DNA of 64,000 bases from Octopus vulgaris (lineage: Eukaryota). The translations under genes were made by a program, and so were the position numbers. The DNA is taken from the NCBI GenBank assembly GCA_951406725.2, contig OX597814.1, positions 113,894,001 to 113,958,000 of the forward strand, in the 5' to 3' direction. This document shows, one piece after another, positions 43,410 through 59,664 of the stretch (positions are counted from its first letter, which is position 1; the number at the start of each line of letters is the position of its first letter). Below the pieces are notes generated by a model that worked only from the letters and a program-made list of their open reading frames with translations, did not search any database and was not told the origin of the DNA.

Positions 43410-44680
43410 GAGAACTATCATAAAATCACAACAGGTGGACTAGAAAAGTACTTAAAAACAAAAAGTGGAAGACTACATGTAATAAAGTAACACGAGATAA
43501 AGAAAACGCTTTTCTTTATACACAAGGAGGCGATAAAATATAAAACAGAAACAAACTACGCAGCAGAAATGGTCAAAGAGACAAAAAACAACAACATGAA
43601 AACAGAATTACAAAACATACTAAAGGAGAAATGGAGAGAAAAAATCACTCCATGGCCAATACCTTTCAAGGGTTGACAGAAAAAGTGAGCTTAAGTAAAA
43701 GCCAACAATGGTTCAAAAACTCTGAACTAAACGCTGAAACAGAGGGACTGATTCTTGCTGCGCAAGACCAATGTCTGACCACGAACAACTATAAAAGCAA
43801 AGTAATGAAAACGGGCCCTAACACAAAATGCAGATTGTATAACGGGCGCAGTGATACAGTCGACAATATCATCTCTGGTTGTCTAGTCCTTGCTAAATCT
43901 GAATATATATACAGACACGACCGAATATGTAATTATATCCATTGGACAATATGCTAACACTACAAGATAAAAACTGACAATAAATGGTATAAACAAGGTA
44001 CAAGACAACGAGCAGGCCACAATCATCTGGGATGTGCCTGTTGAAACTGACAAAGAAATAAAAGCTGAACGCTCAGACATAGGGATCAGGGATTGGAAAA
44101 AAAAACCTGCTCACTGATTGACATAGCAGTCTCTCCTGACAAAAATATTATCCAAAAAGAAGCGGAGTAATTGTCAAAGTACAATGATCTCGAAATTGAC
44201 GTATTCAAGATGTGGAGCATGAAGGTGGAAACAATACCAGTAATAAATGGAGCATTTGGTCATAAAGAAACATACGAATAAAAATGCAGAAGCTGTACCT
44301 GGATCCTCAACATTACACACTGTCCAAAAAAAAACCCCTGTTAGGAACAGCCTACGCAAGACACTATCAATTCAATAATAGATCCTAAATAAAACAATCC
44401 ACAAGCACAAAACACAGTCTATACAGCAAATATCCAATGAAATAAACTTTCACCAGTAGGTTTATAAACCCACGCACTACACACAACAGACAATACAAAC
44501 ACTAATACAAAAGACTGCATCACACTTCATAAAAAACTGACCCAATACAGTACCGAAAAGAGTTTGCACACTCCCAACAACAAAAAAGAACACACAATGC
44601 AACCCCCACCCCCCAGCAACACGGTGATGTAGCAGGTGATGGAGTAGAAATTTGCCTGAAACTACCAAATATTGAACAAT
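43410..44680 (+). mobile_element. R4/Dong-like decayed fragment (linker, CCHC, RLE)
   Basis: ETEGLILAAQDQCL, KCRL..DTVDNIISGC..EYIYRHDRIC..IHW, IIWD, LIDIAV. Confidence 0.85.
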
Positions 44681-45776
44681 GATAATAATGACAATAATTT
44701 CTAATTTCGATACAAGGTCAACAGCTTTGAGGAAAGGATGTAAGTCAATACAATTGACCCCATGACTTGTCTGGTACCTTATTTTATGGATCTCGGGAGT
44801 ATTTGAAATCAGAACGTAAAAGACCTGACGAAATAGAGGAAGGTGTTTTTTTTTACGGTCTACCGATTCTGCAAGGTCACATTTCTTTTTAAGACTACAA
44901 GGGAACCAAAATGATGAGAGCAATTCCAAGGCGAATTACCCACGTAAACAGCAAGCATAACCAGTGGTGAATTTACACCAAGTAAAAGGATTAGATTAAC
45001 ATTAAGCATTATCCGAAATCCAGTAACTTAGATTAGTAGAGGAATTTTTTTAAAGTAAAAGATACATTTAACTGAAATATATCGTTTCATAGTTACTCCG
45101 AGATACGTTTTATGAGGACTAGAGATGTTTGCAACATTCTATCACAAAGAACCACGACGTCAGTAAAGAGATACAAAAAAAGTAACCCAATTAAATTAGT
45201 TGGTTATATCTAGCAATTAAAAAAACCTTTTCAGGCTATAGAATTAATTGGAAAATCACGAAAAGATTAAAACCCAACAAAACTGAGAGCAAAAGCTGTT
45301 ATTTATTCTGGGCAGAGGATGAAGTACCTTTAGAGGACTACCCATTCGACTACCCATCGATTTGAACATCAGATTAAAGCAATTCAAGAAATGCTGACAC
45401 TTTGGGAAGTACCAATTACAGAAATCAAAAACACCCCTTTTACTGGACTAATACCACAAAAAGAATAGACTTTTAATATTGCTTCAAGTTAAGTTATCTT
45501 CATTTTTATATTACCAACATTTTCCTCTTCCATCATAGTCTTATTTCTCTACATGTTTACTCTAGCACCCCTATTCCTCCCCACCTTACACTCTTGTATG
45601 TTCCTCCCGCTGATGTTGATGTATTGATTATAGTTAATTCTTTCTAACTTCTTATTCGATTTAAAAAGAAATATTTTCTTTCCAACATCTTCAAAATTAA
45701 CACCTAAGACAGCCAAAGTGCAATAAGTCACATATGGCATCTTAGAGTCAGCCACCTTCAGGGAATTGGATGCAAT

Positions 45777-45817
<41 letters not shown>

Positions 45818-45986
45818 GAATATATATATATATGTGTGCGTGTGTGTGTGTGTATGTATGTATCTACATGTATATATATGTGTATATGCATGTATATATA
45901 AATATATATATGAATATATATCTATGTATCTGCATGTGTTTATATATATATATATGCATGTATATGTATATATATATACGTATACA

Positions 45987-46044
<58 letters not shown>

Positions 46045-46117
46045 TGTATACGTATATATATATATATATATATATATATACGTATACATATACGTATATG
46101 TGCATATATATACACAC

Positions 46118-46151
<34 letters not shown>

Positions 46152-46832
46152 GTATACATATACGTATATGTGCATATATATATATATATATACGTATACA
46201 TATACGTATATGTGCATATATATAAATACACACGTATATATATATATATATACCCGTATATATATATATATGTATATATATATACACGTATATTTATATA
46301 TATATATACACGTATATATATACGTATATATATATGTATATATATATACATATAAAGTGAAGTCTATGTATTGAAGAACATGTTTTCCTTATTGTATGTA
46401 TGTATGTATGTGTGTACATGTGTATATATGTAAGCATGTATGTATGCATACAACAGACAGAATAATAAAGAATTGATTGAAAAAATTAAATAAAATACAC
46501 AGATAAAGTGAGAGAAAACAGAAGATCGCATCTGCAAATTACTGGAGGCCTATGTGGCAGAAGTTCATACAACATTAACACAGTACGTCCACATGTCAAA
46601 GGACAACAAAAAGGAAAAAAAAATAACGAGAAAAATGGAGGAAAAGAAAAGGAAAGAATATTGAGGGAGATTGTAGAAGCTGGAAAATAACTGAGTTTCA
46701 ACAGATCCAGTGAAATTGTATCAGTGACCTTTTGACTTATTAAGAAATAAATGGGGAATATGAAGCTTTCTCGCTGCAATAGTTTTGACTGTTTAACACA
46801 TGAGTTACATACCATGCCATGTGTATATGTAT

Positions 46833-46908
<76 letters not shown>

Positions 46909-47077
46909 GTTGTGTTAAAATAATATTTCTTCGAAGTATGTTTCGGAACAGAAACGGATTACGAATAACATTTATCGGTGATGTGACTCTATACAGGGAA
47001 AAGAGTAAAACGTGTCGACTGGTTGATTTAGCTGATAGGCGAAACTAAGAGGCTCAGTCAACTTGATCTTCCCAGTG

Positions 47078-47121
<44 letters not shown>

Positions 47122-47289
47122 GTATGCTGGTATAGTTCACAGGTGATCTAAACAATAAGGTACTCCAAGTAAGTGCTGTAATGGATTGCTGGGGCTCTTA
47201 TTGAAGGTTATGTTCGCGTCTTTTTTCGCGGGATGTCTACTATAACAGGATTTTAACCCACATGGATATACGCAGGATTGAACCTAAGG

Positions 47290-47980
<691 letters not shown>

Positions 47981-48081
47981 TATATATATGCATGTGATAG
48001 AGAATTAGTGCATTTATATATGCATGTGTATAATACACACACGTATGTTCGTGCACGCAGAAAACAGCAATGCTCAGTGAT

Positions 48082-48605
<524 letters not shown>

Positions 48606-48990
48606 GGTCATAGATGCACGTTCGAATCTGCTGGCACGTACTGGGGATGTCACGTTAATGTTTGGAATCTTGCGATTGTGTGCGCACCTTATAAAGTGTT
48701 CCTTTTGGAAAGAGTTTTGTTTTCAGTAATTCTTTCCTGCTCCTGACAGCAGTTGCACTCTTTTCTTTATTTCTTGGGCTAAATGGTTTCTTCCTATCAG
48801 CGGAACCAATCGTCTAAAACTGTGGATTCATCCTCTTTATGGTAGACAGGGAAATAGAGATTTCTTCTTCTTGAGCTGGACATGTGTGCCTGTGTGTCTA
48901 CTTTTTAGCGATTTCACTGGCAACCACTTCTCCTACACTCCTCTTCTGATTCTATTTGTTTATCTGCCTCTCTGTCTGTCTCCCTCCCCC

Positions 48991-49043
<53 letters not shown>

Positions 49044-49589
49044 GCATGTGTTCTGCATGTCCAACGTAACGCGGATGTTCTACAGAAAACCACACAACTG
49101 CAGCATTCGTCTCGAAGCAGCATCTCGTATGGACGTGCAGTGCTAAAAAGCATAGAAGCATATCAGTAGCAGACGAAATACCTCTAAGGATTTCGGCCGG
49201 CGTGCTAATGATTCTGCCACCTCGCCACCTTTTGTATTGTATAATAATGATATTATAACGGTGAGTTATCACTTTTATAACAGGCTGAGATTATCTTATT
49301 TATATGGTGATTATTCTACCGAATAGACTTTTCTAAGTCCACGTCTGTTTGTCATCAATTTATAACGTTGTGTTGGATTATCTGGTTTAAAGTGTTTTTT
49401 ACTTGAAAAAGATAATAAATATATATCTTTTTCTTTTTTAGTAGAAATCTATAGTAATAAACCCGTCACTTATAACTTAATTATAAGTATTATCACTATA
49501 CATACCTCACATCTATTTTCTTTCCTCCACCTCACTCTCTATTTTGTATCCTATCTAAATTAACTATTACTTAACCATCCTCGCACACC

Positions 49590-49641
49590 GTCTCCGATGA
49601 GGTGTTATAATTAATAAATATCCTGGAAACGGCTGTAAGAC
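49590..49641 (+). ncRNA. Type-I hammerhead motif (CCGAUGA variant core)
   Basis: GTCT-CCGATGA-GGTGTT..AATATCC-TG-GAAA-C-GGCT-GT-A-AGAC. Confidence 0.6.
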
Positions 49642-52600
49642 CTTATATCTATAAATGTTCTAATATCTACACAGCCTTAGTTTTTATATCTTATTACGCA
49701 AAAATTATTATTATCACTATACATAAATCTTAACTCACGCTGCGTAAACACTGTGATGAATTATACACCAAGACGCTGAAACGTAAATGTATGTTGAAGA
49801 TAATAAGTTCGCTATAATAACAGTTTCATAGTTACAGAAATAAATCTCATTAACAAGTTGAAGAAAATGAAAGAGAAAGTATTTACTAAATTGCTTTATT
49901 TACGTACGTTTAATATTTACAGTACATTTAGATGTCAAAGAAAATTGTCGTAGAGAGTTACGACATAACATTTATATTACTAATTCTTCCATACTAAGCT
50001 ACTAGCGTTTTACACAACAATTTAAAATAGCCTTGTTGAATTAAGTAATAGTTATGGCATAACAATAGCCAATATCTCAAAGATGTGAGTGTCGTGGAAA
50101 TGAGTGACAACCAACGAACACTGAGAGTGAGTATCGTAGAGTCGAGTGACAACCAACGATCACTGATTAATTTCTCAAAAATCAGGGGTTTTATAACTGA
50201 TCATACCTGAATTCTAAGAACCGTATTTCGAGAAAGGATTTCTCATTGACGAAAGTTTAGAATTCAAATATAGGCAGTAATTCTAACCAATGGGAAACTA
50301 ACAGTTATACCTATTCGGGCAAATGGCCATTACATCATATTACCGCCGATAAAAGTTTATTATTATGAATGAAATAATATCGTGTGTGTGTGTGTGTGTG
50401 TATTTGTGAGTGTGTGTGCCAGGAACAGGTTAATAGTCACTTCTTTAATAATTTTTAGATTTTAGAATTTACACTAACTGGTTTACGGAGATTAACAATT
50501 TGGTATTTTCTATCCAAATCAGCGTGATCTTTGCTTTTCTTTGAAACCATATCTAACATTAAAGAAAAATAAACAAAGCTACATAACAACATAGTTTAAT
50601 CTAACTAGACGACTTTTAATTAGAACTATTTATACAAAATCTAAGATTTAAACATTAACAAAACCTTCTGGTAGTTCTTCATTTGAAGAAACCTCTTGAC
50701 ATTTGGAATACGTTTCACAAACTTTTTACCATAAATAACAAATTTTAAAAAAAATCGAAAAACTTATCCATTTTCTGTATGTATTGTAAGAATATGTTCT
50801 GTTTTGCACGAGATATTTACCCTTCAGCAGAAAAGTTTGATAATCTGGGAATTTTTATAGATACAGTTTTCTTCATAAAACTTTATAGGCCACTTTGTAA
50901 AATGGTGGTATGTTGTCAACTTAATGTGACAGTCCCATGAAAGGGAATAATACTACTGCTATTTAGCCCTAGGAAGCAACGCTTCCTGTCGGCCTTGATA
51001 CATTTAAATCATAAGGGTAAAAAATTCATATTAATTTATTTACTATCGATTTAAACCAGTGGCCTAGCATATTGAAAAATTTGTCTTGCTCGCTTACGTT
51101 CTGGCGTTTGCCGAATTGTCTTGAGAACAATTTTTTCTTAGTAGTCAGACCATATGGGGTCTACATTTAGTGTAGTGAATGTCCACCTAGCGGTCATCCT
51201 CCTTATGCATATATATTGAGGCCATACTGGTTTGATAAGCCTGCTCTGCAACATTGACTCTACATGGTTTGGCAGAGGAATGTAGTTTTTTGTTTTACTC
51301 ATTCCCAGGAGCAGTCAAGTCGATTACACCGACCTTAGTGATCAAATGGTATTTATTTTATCGACCTCGAAAGAATGAAGGGCAAAGTTGACCTCAGTGG
51401 GATTTGAACTCAGCATGTAAAGGCGGACGAAATAGTGCGGATCATTTCGCCCGGCATGCTAACGATTCTGCCAGCTTGCCGCCCTTTTGTTTTTTTACAG
51501 TTAAAGGCGGTATTTCGTATACGCTGGTGGTTTATCCTTGAGATTGTCGATATTCTAATTAACGTTGTTTCTGTTATTGCAGTTGTGGTCGTTATTGTCG
51601 GAGTTGTCGTTGTTATTTCTGCTGTTGTAACTGTACTCTTACATAAGCGGTAACGAATGGAGAAAGTATCGCGAATTGATACAAATCTCACTTGAAAAAT
51701 ATGTATTAGCACCTCGTCACTGATGTCGTGTTGTCACTAGCATTATTTAGTAATCTTTCTACTTTCTTAGCAACCGAAATCAGATAAAACAGCTGTGATT
51801 TTCAAGGGCAGACAGTGAATCATCTCTGATGAAAATAATTTATATAAAATTATATAAAAGAAAAAGAAAAGCCAAGCCAGAAATAGAAAATAAAATATGA
51901 GGACAACTTTTAAAAACAGTTTTATTAGGATAACTCTTAAAAAAGAAAAAGTCATTGACGTTTCGGACGCTAGACATTCATCAACAAAGGAGGAAGATTA
52001 GAAGGAATGGGAAAACGAATAGGAGAAAAGTGGTGGGACAGCAAGAAAGTGTTTAAGGTCCATGTGGGAATGTGGTTCTATGGGGTTGAATAATTTGTAT
52101 AAACTCACTTTGTTAGTGTCATCATTCAACTGAAAGAGTTCAGCTGCTGATTGTTCTGGTCGCTGACAACCAATCGTATCATCGGAAAAATTGAGACTAG
52201 CACGATAACCAATGACTATCCAGATGCCGACAACCATCTGCATAATTACGGTAGTCGTATTATCAGGAAGGACATCAACATTAACCTATATTATCATAAT
52301 TACCTCCCGCACTATCTCTAACATCGCCATATCTATCACTACCACCTTCACCATCATCATCATCATCATCGTTGCCATAACCAGAAGTACCACCACCTCT
52401 ACTCCTAACACCACTAGCAACATCATCACCATCACTACAACCATCACTACAGCCACAAGCGCCATCACCTGTTGATCTTTTTACTAGAACTACCGTCACT
52501 ACCACGACCATCACCACGACCATGACCATCAAAACTATCACTCCTACCACCATCATCATCACCACCTCTATCATCGTTTTTACGAACAAAACCACCACCG

Positions 52601-52778
52601 CTGTTGCCACCACCACAACCGCCACCATCACCATCATCACCAACACCATCACCAACACCTGTTGATACCATCTCGCCAACACCTCAAGCGCTAGCACTCA
52701 TTGATAAAATCTTCATCATTACCGACACCATCATCACCATCACAACATCAAGCACCACAACTCACTGATACCATCTCC

Positions 52779-52824
<46 letters not shown>

Positions 52825-52948
52825 GACACAAAGACACACACACACACATTGTTATTCCATTATGTAGGCTAAAAAATGGAAACTGAAAGTGATCGTATGA
52901 CGATTTAAGATACTTAAAATAGATGTAAATGGCATTAAATTTGTGGCA

Positions 52949-53020
<72 letters not shown>

Positions 53021-53271
53021 CCTTTCTACTATGGGTACAAGGCCTGAAATTTTGGAGGAGGGGGCCCGTCGATTAGATCGATCCACAGTATATTTAAGTG
53101 CGCAACTGGTACTTAATTTGCCGAAAGGATGACAGCCAAATTCGACCTCAGAACGTGAGGACGGAAGAAATGTCACTGAGCATTTCGCCCGGTGTGCTAA
53201 CGATTCTACCAAATCGCCGCCTTAATAATAATAATAATAATAATGATAATAATAATAATAATAATAATAAT

Positions 53272-53819
53272 GAAATACTCTGATGCAGTACCAAGCAGTA
53301 GCTCTCATGAGTTCTGATCTTAACTGTTTGGAAGTGCTATCATGTACATTGTTTTGTCTCGGTATAAAAAGATGGGCTACAGCAAATATTCTGCCAAAGA
53401 TTTGCTTGTCAGCTGCTTGACCATAACCAGTTAAGCATGTCCCTTAGTTGCTGACGATATGTGCGTCTCTGATCACGAGCAGAAGTAGTTGGGGAGCATC
53501 ATAGCCATGTGTTGAAAGGAATTCTTTGGGGTTTGAATAATTCACCTCTGGAAACATGGGTGTTTTGTTCAATATCCTTAAACAGCCATTATTCAGGGAC
53601 CGTTTGAGAGGGATTGGTTACTCAAACCGAAGAAAATTCTAACTGGGTCCCCACACGTAAGATCATGCACCATTTATCTTTATATGAAATCACCATGTCA
53701 TGCACATATGGTTGTGAAGCATGTACCCTGCTGTGCCCTTATCAGGCGGGTAGTCATGATGGGTATGTTGGGCTTCGTACCCAAGTGTCACTTTGATGGC
53801 CTCAATTGCTCTCTCATTC

Positions 53820-53820
<1 letters not shown>
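53272..53820. mobile_element. Unclassified ~550-bp insert between (AAT)n tracts, probably the non-coding end of a TAA-targeting element
   Basis: Complex sequence cleanly bounded by (AAT)n on both sides; no recognisable ORF. Confidence 0.4.
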
Positions 53821-53882
<62 letters not shown>

Positions 53883-53883
<1 letters not shown>

Positions 53884-54758
53884 CAGAAAGATTTACCAGC
53901 AATGGACTTGAGAGTGCTAATGGATTCCGATCATGATTAGCCGACGAGAAAGAAGAAACTCTACTCCATATGGAATTACATGGTCAGTTCCACTGTGAAA
54001 CCAACAAATTAAAAGACCAGGAAGCTCATGGAGGTGGCTCAACAAGGGTGACCTAAAAAAGAATACTGAAAGCCTGATCCTCGCTGCCCAGGACCAGGCA
54101 TTGGATACCAACTCAGTGAAAAGGGATATATACCATACAAGTGCAACGAACCTCTGCAGAATGTGTAGGAAGAAGGTCGAAAGCGTGACTCACATTGTTC
54201 GTGCTTGTGAGAGTCTTGAGCAGAAAGAGTACAAGCGCAGACACGACAAAGTAACCTAAAACTTTCTCTGGTTATTATACAGGAAGTATATATACAAGGT
54301 AACAGGTGCTTGTTACCAGCATACACCAGTAAAAGTAATGAACGAAAAGAAGGCAATGATCCTTGGAACTTTGACGTCTAGACAGACAAGATATTAAAGC
54401 ACCAAAGGCCAGATATAGTAACCTTTTTGAAGGACAAAACAAGAGTGTTTAATAATCGACGTGGTAGTGCCAGGAGATCAATATGTTATCATGAAAGAAA
54501 GAGAAAAGGCGGATAAAAACTGAAATCGCCGAGATGTGACAGCTACGAGAGTCAAACACCCAATCTGAAAAAAACATCTGGAAACTTTAGAAATATCATG
54601 CAATCATGGTGTATTGCAAAGATCGGATTTATTTGGAACTGCACGCATACAGCATAAAGTAATGTGCGTCTAAGGTCCTTGTTGTGACTTTACAGACAGG
54701 ACAGTAGACACAATATCTTCAAACTACATCACGATATTGGATACAGTGTGACGTTTTC
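53883..54758 (+). mobile_element. R4/Dong-like decayed fragment in (TAA)n
   Basis: LHGQFH, SWRWLNKGDLKKNTESLILAAQDQALDTN, CRMC..ESVTHIV..C..EYKRRHDKV, RPDIV, IIDVVVP; (AAT)n flanks. Confidence 0.88.
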
Positions 54759-54847
<89 letters not shown>

Positions 54848-55075
54848 CAATAATGATGATTGTGATGTTCATGATGAAGATAATAATTCATCTATGTGAT
54901 TGTTACAATAATTAATGTCTGTTAATAAAATGTAATGAATGGTTGTAATTAGTTCTCGTCGAATACAGTAGAATTTATCGTTTTGGTTGAAATCTTGCCA
55001 AAATATTTATTCAACAAAAGTTGCTTTTTCTAGTGAAACATCTTGGTTAGCTTATGTAGTCTGCTGTGTCTGGTG

Positions 55076-55264
55076 CAGCAGTTCTCAACGGCGGCTCGTA
55101 GGGCCGCATGCGTCTCTCAAGCATCCTTCCAGAGGCCCTCCACAATCTTCCTTCTATAAATATGATATAATAAATTTTTTTTCAATTGGTTTGTTTTACT
55201 TTTCGTGATGTGGTCCCCTAAAAAAAATTCAGGTTTTGGATATTAAAAGGTTTGAGAATCACTG
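55076..55264. mobile_element. hAT-type MITE (~190 bp)
   Basis: TIRs cagcagttctcaa / ttgagaatcactg; 8-bp TSD gtctggtg / gtctggcg. Confidence 0.75.
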
Positions 55265-55819
55265 GTCTGGCGAATCAGATTATATTTCGAAGTAAGTACG
55301 TTAAATCGTGTTGTTTTGTCTTTGTCCAAGGAAGCAACGCTCTGTTAAGAATATCTGCTAAAGTGTTGGAGCCAAATATTGTCATCAAACAAGAAATGTC
55401 TTTGTCATTCCGTAAGCTGATGACAAATCTCCTTCAAATCACATCTTGCATTCTTGAGAAAAACAAAACAAAACAAAAAAAGACCGAAGTCACTTTGGAT
55501 AATGGAGTCCTAGGTACACTGTGTTTGAATAAAAGACATGATGGTCATGATTGGAACACTTAGCATTTATCAGTATCATGAAAATTGTTCGAAAACAATT
55601 ATTCGAAATAAATATCATTTGTGCACTTGATTTTTAATTTTATCATTTTTGTTTAAATAAAATAAAAAAATAAAAAATAGAATAATTACCATTTCGTATA
55701 ATTGTCCTTTTGAATAAATTTCATTCATACAAATTTCCATTCGAATAAATACTTTTCGAATGATTGTTTCCGAATAATTGTTTTCAAACAAAGTTCCCGT
55801 AATCCATTTATCAGTCAAT

Positions 55820-56195
55820 AGACTGTGGCCATAGTGGGGCACCACATTAAAGAATTTTTAGCCGAATGAATCGACCACAAATCTTATTTTTTTTAAAAGC
55901 CTGTTATTTATTATATCGGTTCCTTTAGCCGATCCTCTAAGTTACGAGGACGTAAGCACACAAACACCGGTTACACAGACTCAAGGACACACACGCGCAC
56001 AAAGAAGGCCGTCATATATGTGTGTGTGTGTGTGTGTATGTGTGGCTGTGTGTTTAAGAAGCTTGCTTCCCAGCCACATGGTTCCGGGTTCAGTTCCACT
56101 GGGTGGCATCTTGGGCAAGTATCTTCTACTATAACCTCGGACCGACCAAAGCCTTGAGACAGGATTTGGTAGATGGAAACTGGAAGACCGTCGTG

Positions 56196-56268
<73 letters not shown>

Positions 56269-56550
56269 GCCATCGCTTGTCAACCGATGCTGGTGTTTTT
56301 ATGTATCCGTAACGTAGCGGTTCGGTAAAAGTAACCGATAGAATAAGTACTAGGCTTACAAAGAATAAATCCTGGAGTCAATTCCTTCGACTGACAACCT
56401 TTAAGGTGGTGTTCCTACATGACCGCAGTCAAATGACTGAAACAAGTTAAAAAAAAAAGAATATGCACACACACACACACACACACACATACGATATACG
56501 ATGGGCTTCTTTCAGTTTCCATCTCCTAAATCTATTCACAATGCATTGGC
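55820..56550. mobile_element. Nested SINE-A (plus copy 56040-56450 inside an older minus copy)
   Basis: Minus tail 55820-55975 and minus head remnant 56500-56555 flank a forward copy. Confidence 0.75.
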
Positions 56551-57577
56551 CGGCCTGACTGAGCCTCGCCTTTGTACAATAACAGTTAAAACAATTCAGT
56601 GACAAACTAAGAAGAAAACGAAGAATTTACAAGAAACAGGAATTTTTAGAGTTTGACATAAAATTTGGTTAATTATTGTAATGAAATTCTATCCGCTTCA
56701 AAGGCTCTCTCTCACTATCCCTCTCTTTCTGTCCTTTCTTCTCTTTCTCTTCCTTTCTCTTTCTCTCTCATTCTCTGTCCCTCTCTTTCTCTATATCTCT
56801 CTGTCTCTCTCTTTGTTTTTCCCTTCCTCGCTCTCCCCTCTTCTTTATCTCTGTTTTTCTTTCTCTCTCTTTCTCTTTCTCTATATCCCTCTCTTTCTGT
56901 TCCGCCCCCCCTCCTCTCTCTCGTCCCTCCTCTCTCTCTCCTCTCTCCCCCCTCTCCCCTCATCACTCTGTCACTCTCTCACTCTGTCTCTCTCTCTCAT
57001 TCTCTCTCTCTCTGTCTCTCTCTTCCTTTGTCTCTTTCTCTCTCACTTTCTCCTCTCTGTCTGTCTCCTTCTTGTCTGTCTCTCTCTCTCTCTCTCTTTC
57101 CCGTCCTCCTCCTCCTCCAGCTCTATTCAAAGTTATTCTGGAATCTACTGATTTGGAAAGTTGCCAATTGTCATTGGCTCAGAAATTATATGACGACGAT
57201 AAATTTGTCCGACTGGTGGCTGATGTGTGAACACGGCATTCACTCAATAAGCAACGATACAAGGTTGCATTAGAAATACTTTATATTGAATGACGAAGTT
57301 ACATTTGATGGTGGTGATGGTGGTGGGGATCTCTGCCAATATGTTTAATTTGTTCAGGGTTACGAAAACTCCCACAAAATACGTGATCGTTGGCATTTAT
57401 TGCAGCAACTTTATATGTGAACATGTTATTGAATCATTTGCCAGTGATACAAGGCTACCTTAGAAATATTTTAATTAAGGATAAAGTTACGTCTTATGTC
57501 TATGGCACAACTAAAATGTCTAAATGTCGAATATGGTTAGGAAAACTTTCTCAAAATCCATGATCGTTGCTAAAAAT

Positions 57578-58495
57578 CAGTGGGTCTCAACCATGCTTTG
57601 TCTTTGGATCAATTTGATTCCTATTTTATTCTGGTAGATTCCTTGGTAATTCGATGTTTAGAAAATAGCTTTATAGTTACTTCTTTTAAAATTCTTATTT
57701 TGCTTATCATATATTAACTTTTAATAAGAGAGATAGTTAAGCGAGAACATAGATGTTGATGGAGTTGAATGAACGGTCAACTGTTGAGTCACCAGTTTAG
57801 TAAGAGAAATTGTTCAGTATTAGAAAATGAAATTATCAGAAGGAATTTTTGGAGGTTAACATGACAGATTTATTTGAGAGAATAACACGGTGTACAAATA
57901 AACAAAGGAATGGCGATTTTCACTTGTGTTTAAGGAAATGTGCGACGATAGATAATAGCAATCTGATGGCAGAGAAAAGAGTTAACTCACTAATAAGCAG
58001 TAAAAATCCATACGTTGTGTGAAAGAGAAAATGCAATAAGTTGTTTTCAAGTGTATGTATGAGTAACTCATCAGCGTGTCGTGCCGTGTGACCGAGGTCA
58101 CTGGACAGTTGATGATCGCGTGTTAACCTTCCAGCTTCTAGGCAACAACTGCAAGTCTTTTAAGTTTTCTCGCCCTTCGGCTGGGTGGAAGTCGTCGCTG
58201 TCGTGTGTACTCCTCCGCCGCTAGCTTTTAAAGGGTAGAGGAACGCAGTACAAGTGTGTTGTACGCAGGGGCGAAATAGTTTGATTGCCCTGCTACAAAC
58301 TTGTGTAGGTTGAACAACGTTAGAGACAGAAACCTGTATTTTTCAATAGTTACATTTAATAAAAAAATCTACACGGACCCTTAGAATACTACTGAGGATC
58401 CCCAATTTACTATTTTGCTAGCATAGCCCTCCCCCACCGGGCCCAAATCTTATATTGACCCCAGGGGTCATATGGGTCCCAGTTGAGAACCACTG
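57578..58495. mobile_element. hAT-type non-autonomous element/MITE with an internal insert
   Basis: TIRs cagtgggtctcaac / gttgagaaccactg; imperfect 8-bp TSD ctaaaaat / ctgtaaat. Confidence 0.65.
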
Positions 58496-59237
58496 CTGTA
58501 AATCGTTGAAAGTGGATGTGTGATACAACAGGAAGGAGAATAGACTATCTTAAGAAGCCCTTAATCCACTCTAGTGTAGGCACAAAGCCTGGAATTTTGC
58601 GGGGAGGGGATTAGCCGATTACATCGACCCCAGTGTGTAACTGGTACTTAATTTATCGATCCCGAAATTATGAAAAGCAAAGTCGACCTCGGCGGAATTT
58701 GAACTCAGAACGTAGCGGCAGACGAAATACTGCTAAGTAGTTCGCCCTGCATGCTAACGATTCTGCCAGCTCGCCGCCTCATGGAAGCCTTTCTTTAATG
58801 ACGATACTACATCCTACGGTATGAATGCGTTGAATTGCTGAATATAGGGTTATGAAATCCCTCACGAAATACGTGATTGTTGCCATTAATCATATGTATA
58901 TGTATATAGAGTCTGTATGTCTGTTTACGTGTGTGCGTTAGTGTATAAAGATATATATTTTCATTGTATTATGTAAAGGTGGCGAGCTGGCAGAATCGTT
59001 AGCACGCCGGGTGAACTGCTTAGTGGTATTTCGTCTGCTGTTACGTTCTGAGTTCAAATTCCGCCGAGGTTGACTTTGCCTTTCATCCTTTCGGGGTCGA
59101 TAAATTAAGTACTAGTCATGTATCGGGGTCGATGTGATCGACTATTCCTCCTCTACCCCCAAAATCCAGACCTTGTGCCTGTAGTAGACAAGGATTATAT
59201 TATGTATGTGTGTGTATATATGTATGCAGATGACTAA

Positions 59238-59344
<107 letters not shown>

Positions 59345-59664
59345 TATGCATACACTTTAGAAATTAGAAAGGAGAAAGTTGATTCGAAGACTACAGATTC
59401 AAGCCATCATTGGAACTGAAAATCTATAAAACTTTCCAGAAGTTTATGATTTAAGTATGTATGAACATGTCTAGATATGCAAGTATGTGCATAAGAAGAT
59501 CGGCATGTATACTGTTGATGTTGTTGAAATTCCAATGAAGGAGCCTTAGATCTAGGTTAAAAACTAGCTCTTTCTCTATTGGCAAGAAAAAAAAAGCTGA
59601 AATGAAATTGCAATAAAACTGAATAATGAGATACATAGTATACATAATATATAGTATATTAATA

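Noticed and set aside
44930-45770. Possible decayed LINE ORF1 fragments (ORF 45549-45755)
   Set aside because: No diagnostic motif recognisable by eye.
50085-50166. Two ~42-bp direct repeats (gtgagt.tcgt...gagtgacaaccaacga.cactga), superficially CRISPR-like
   Set aside because: Only two adjacent copies, no spacers, no cas genes, eukaryotic context.
52212-52780. Thr/Ile-rich mucin-like ORFs
   Set aside because: Degenerate (CAC/CAT)n with stops and no convincing splice sites.
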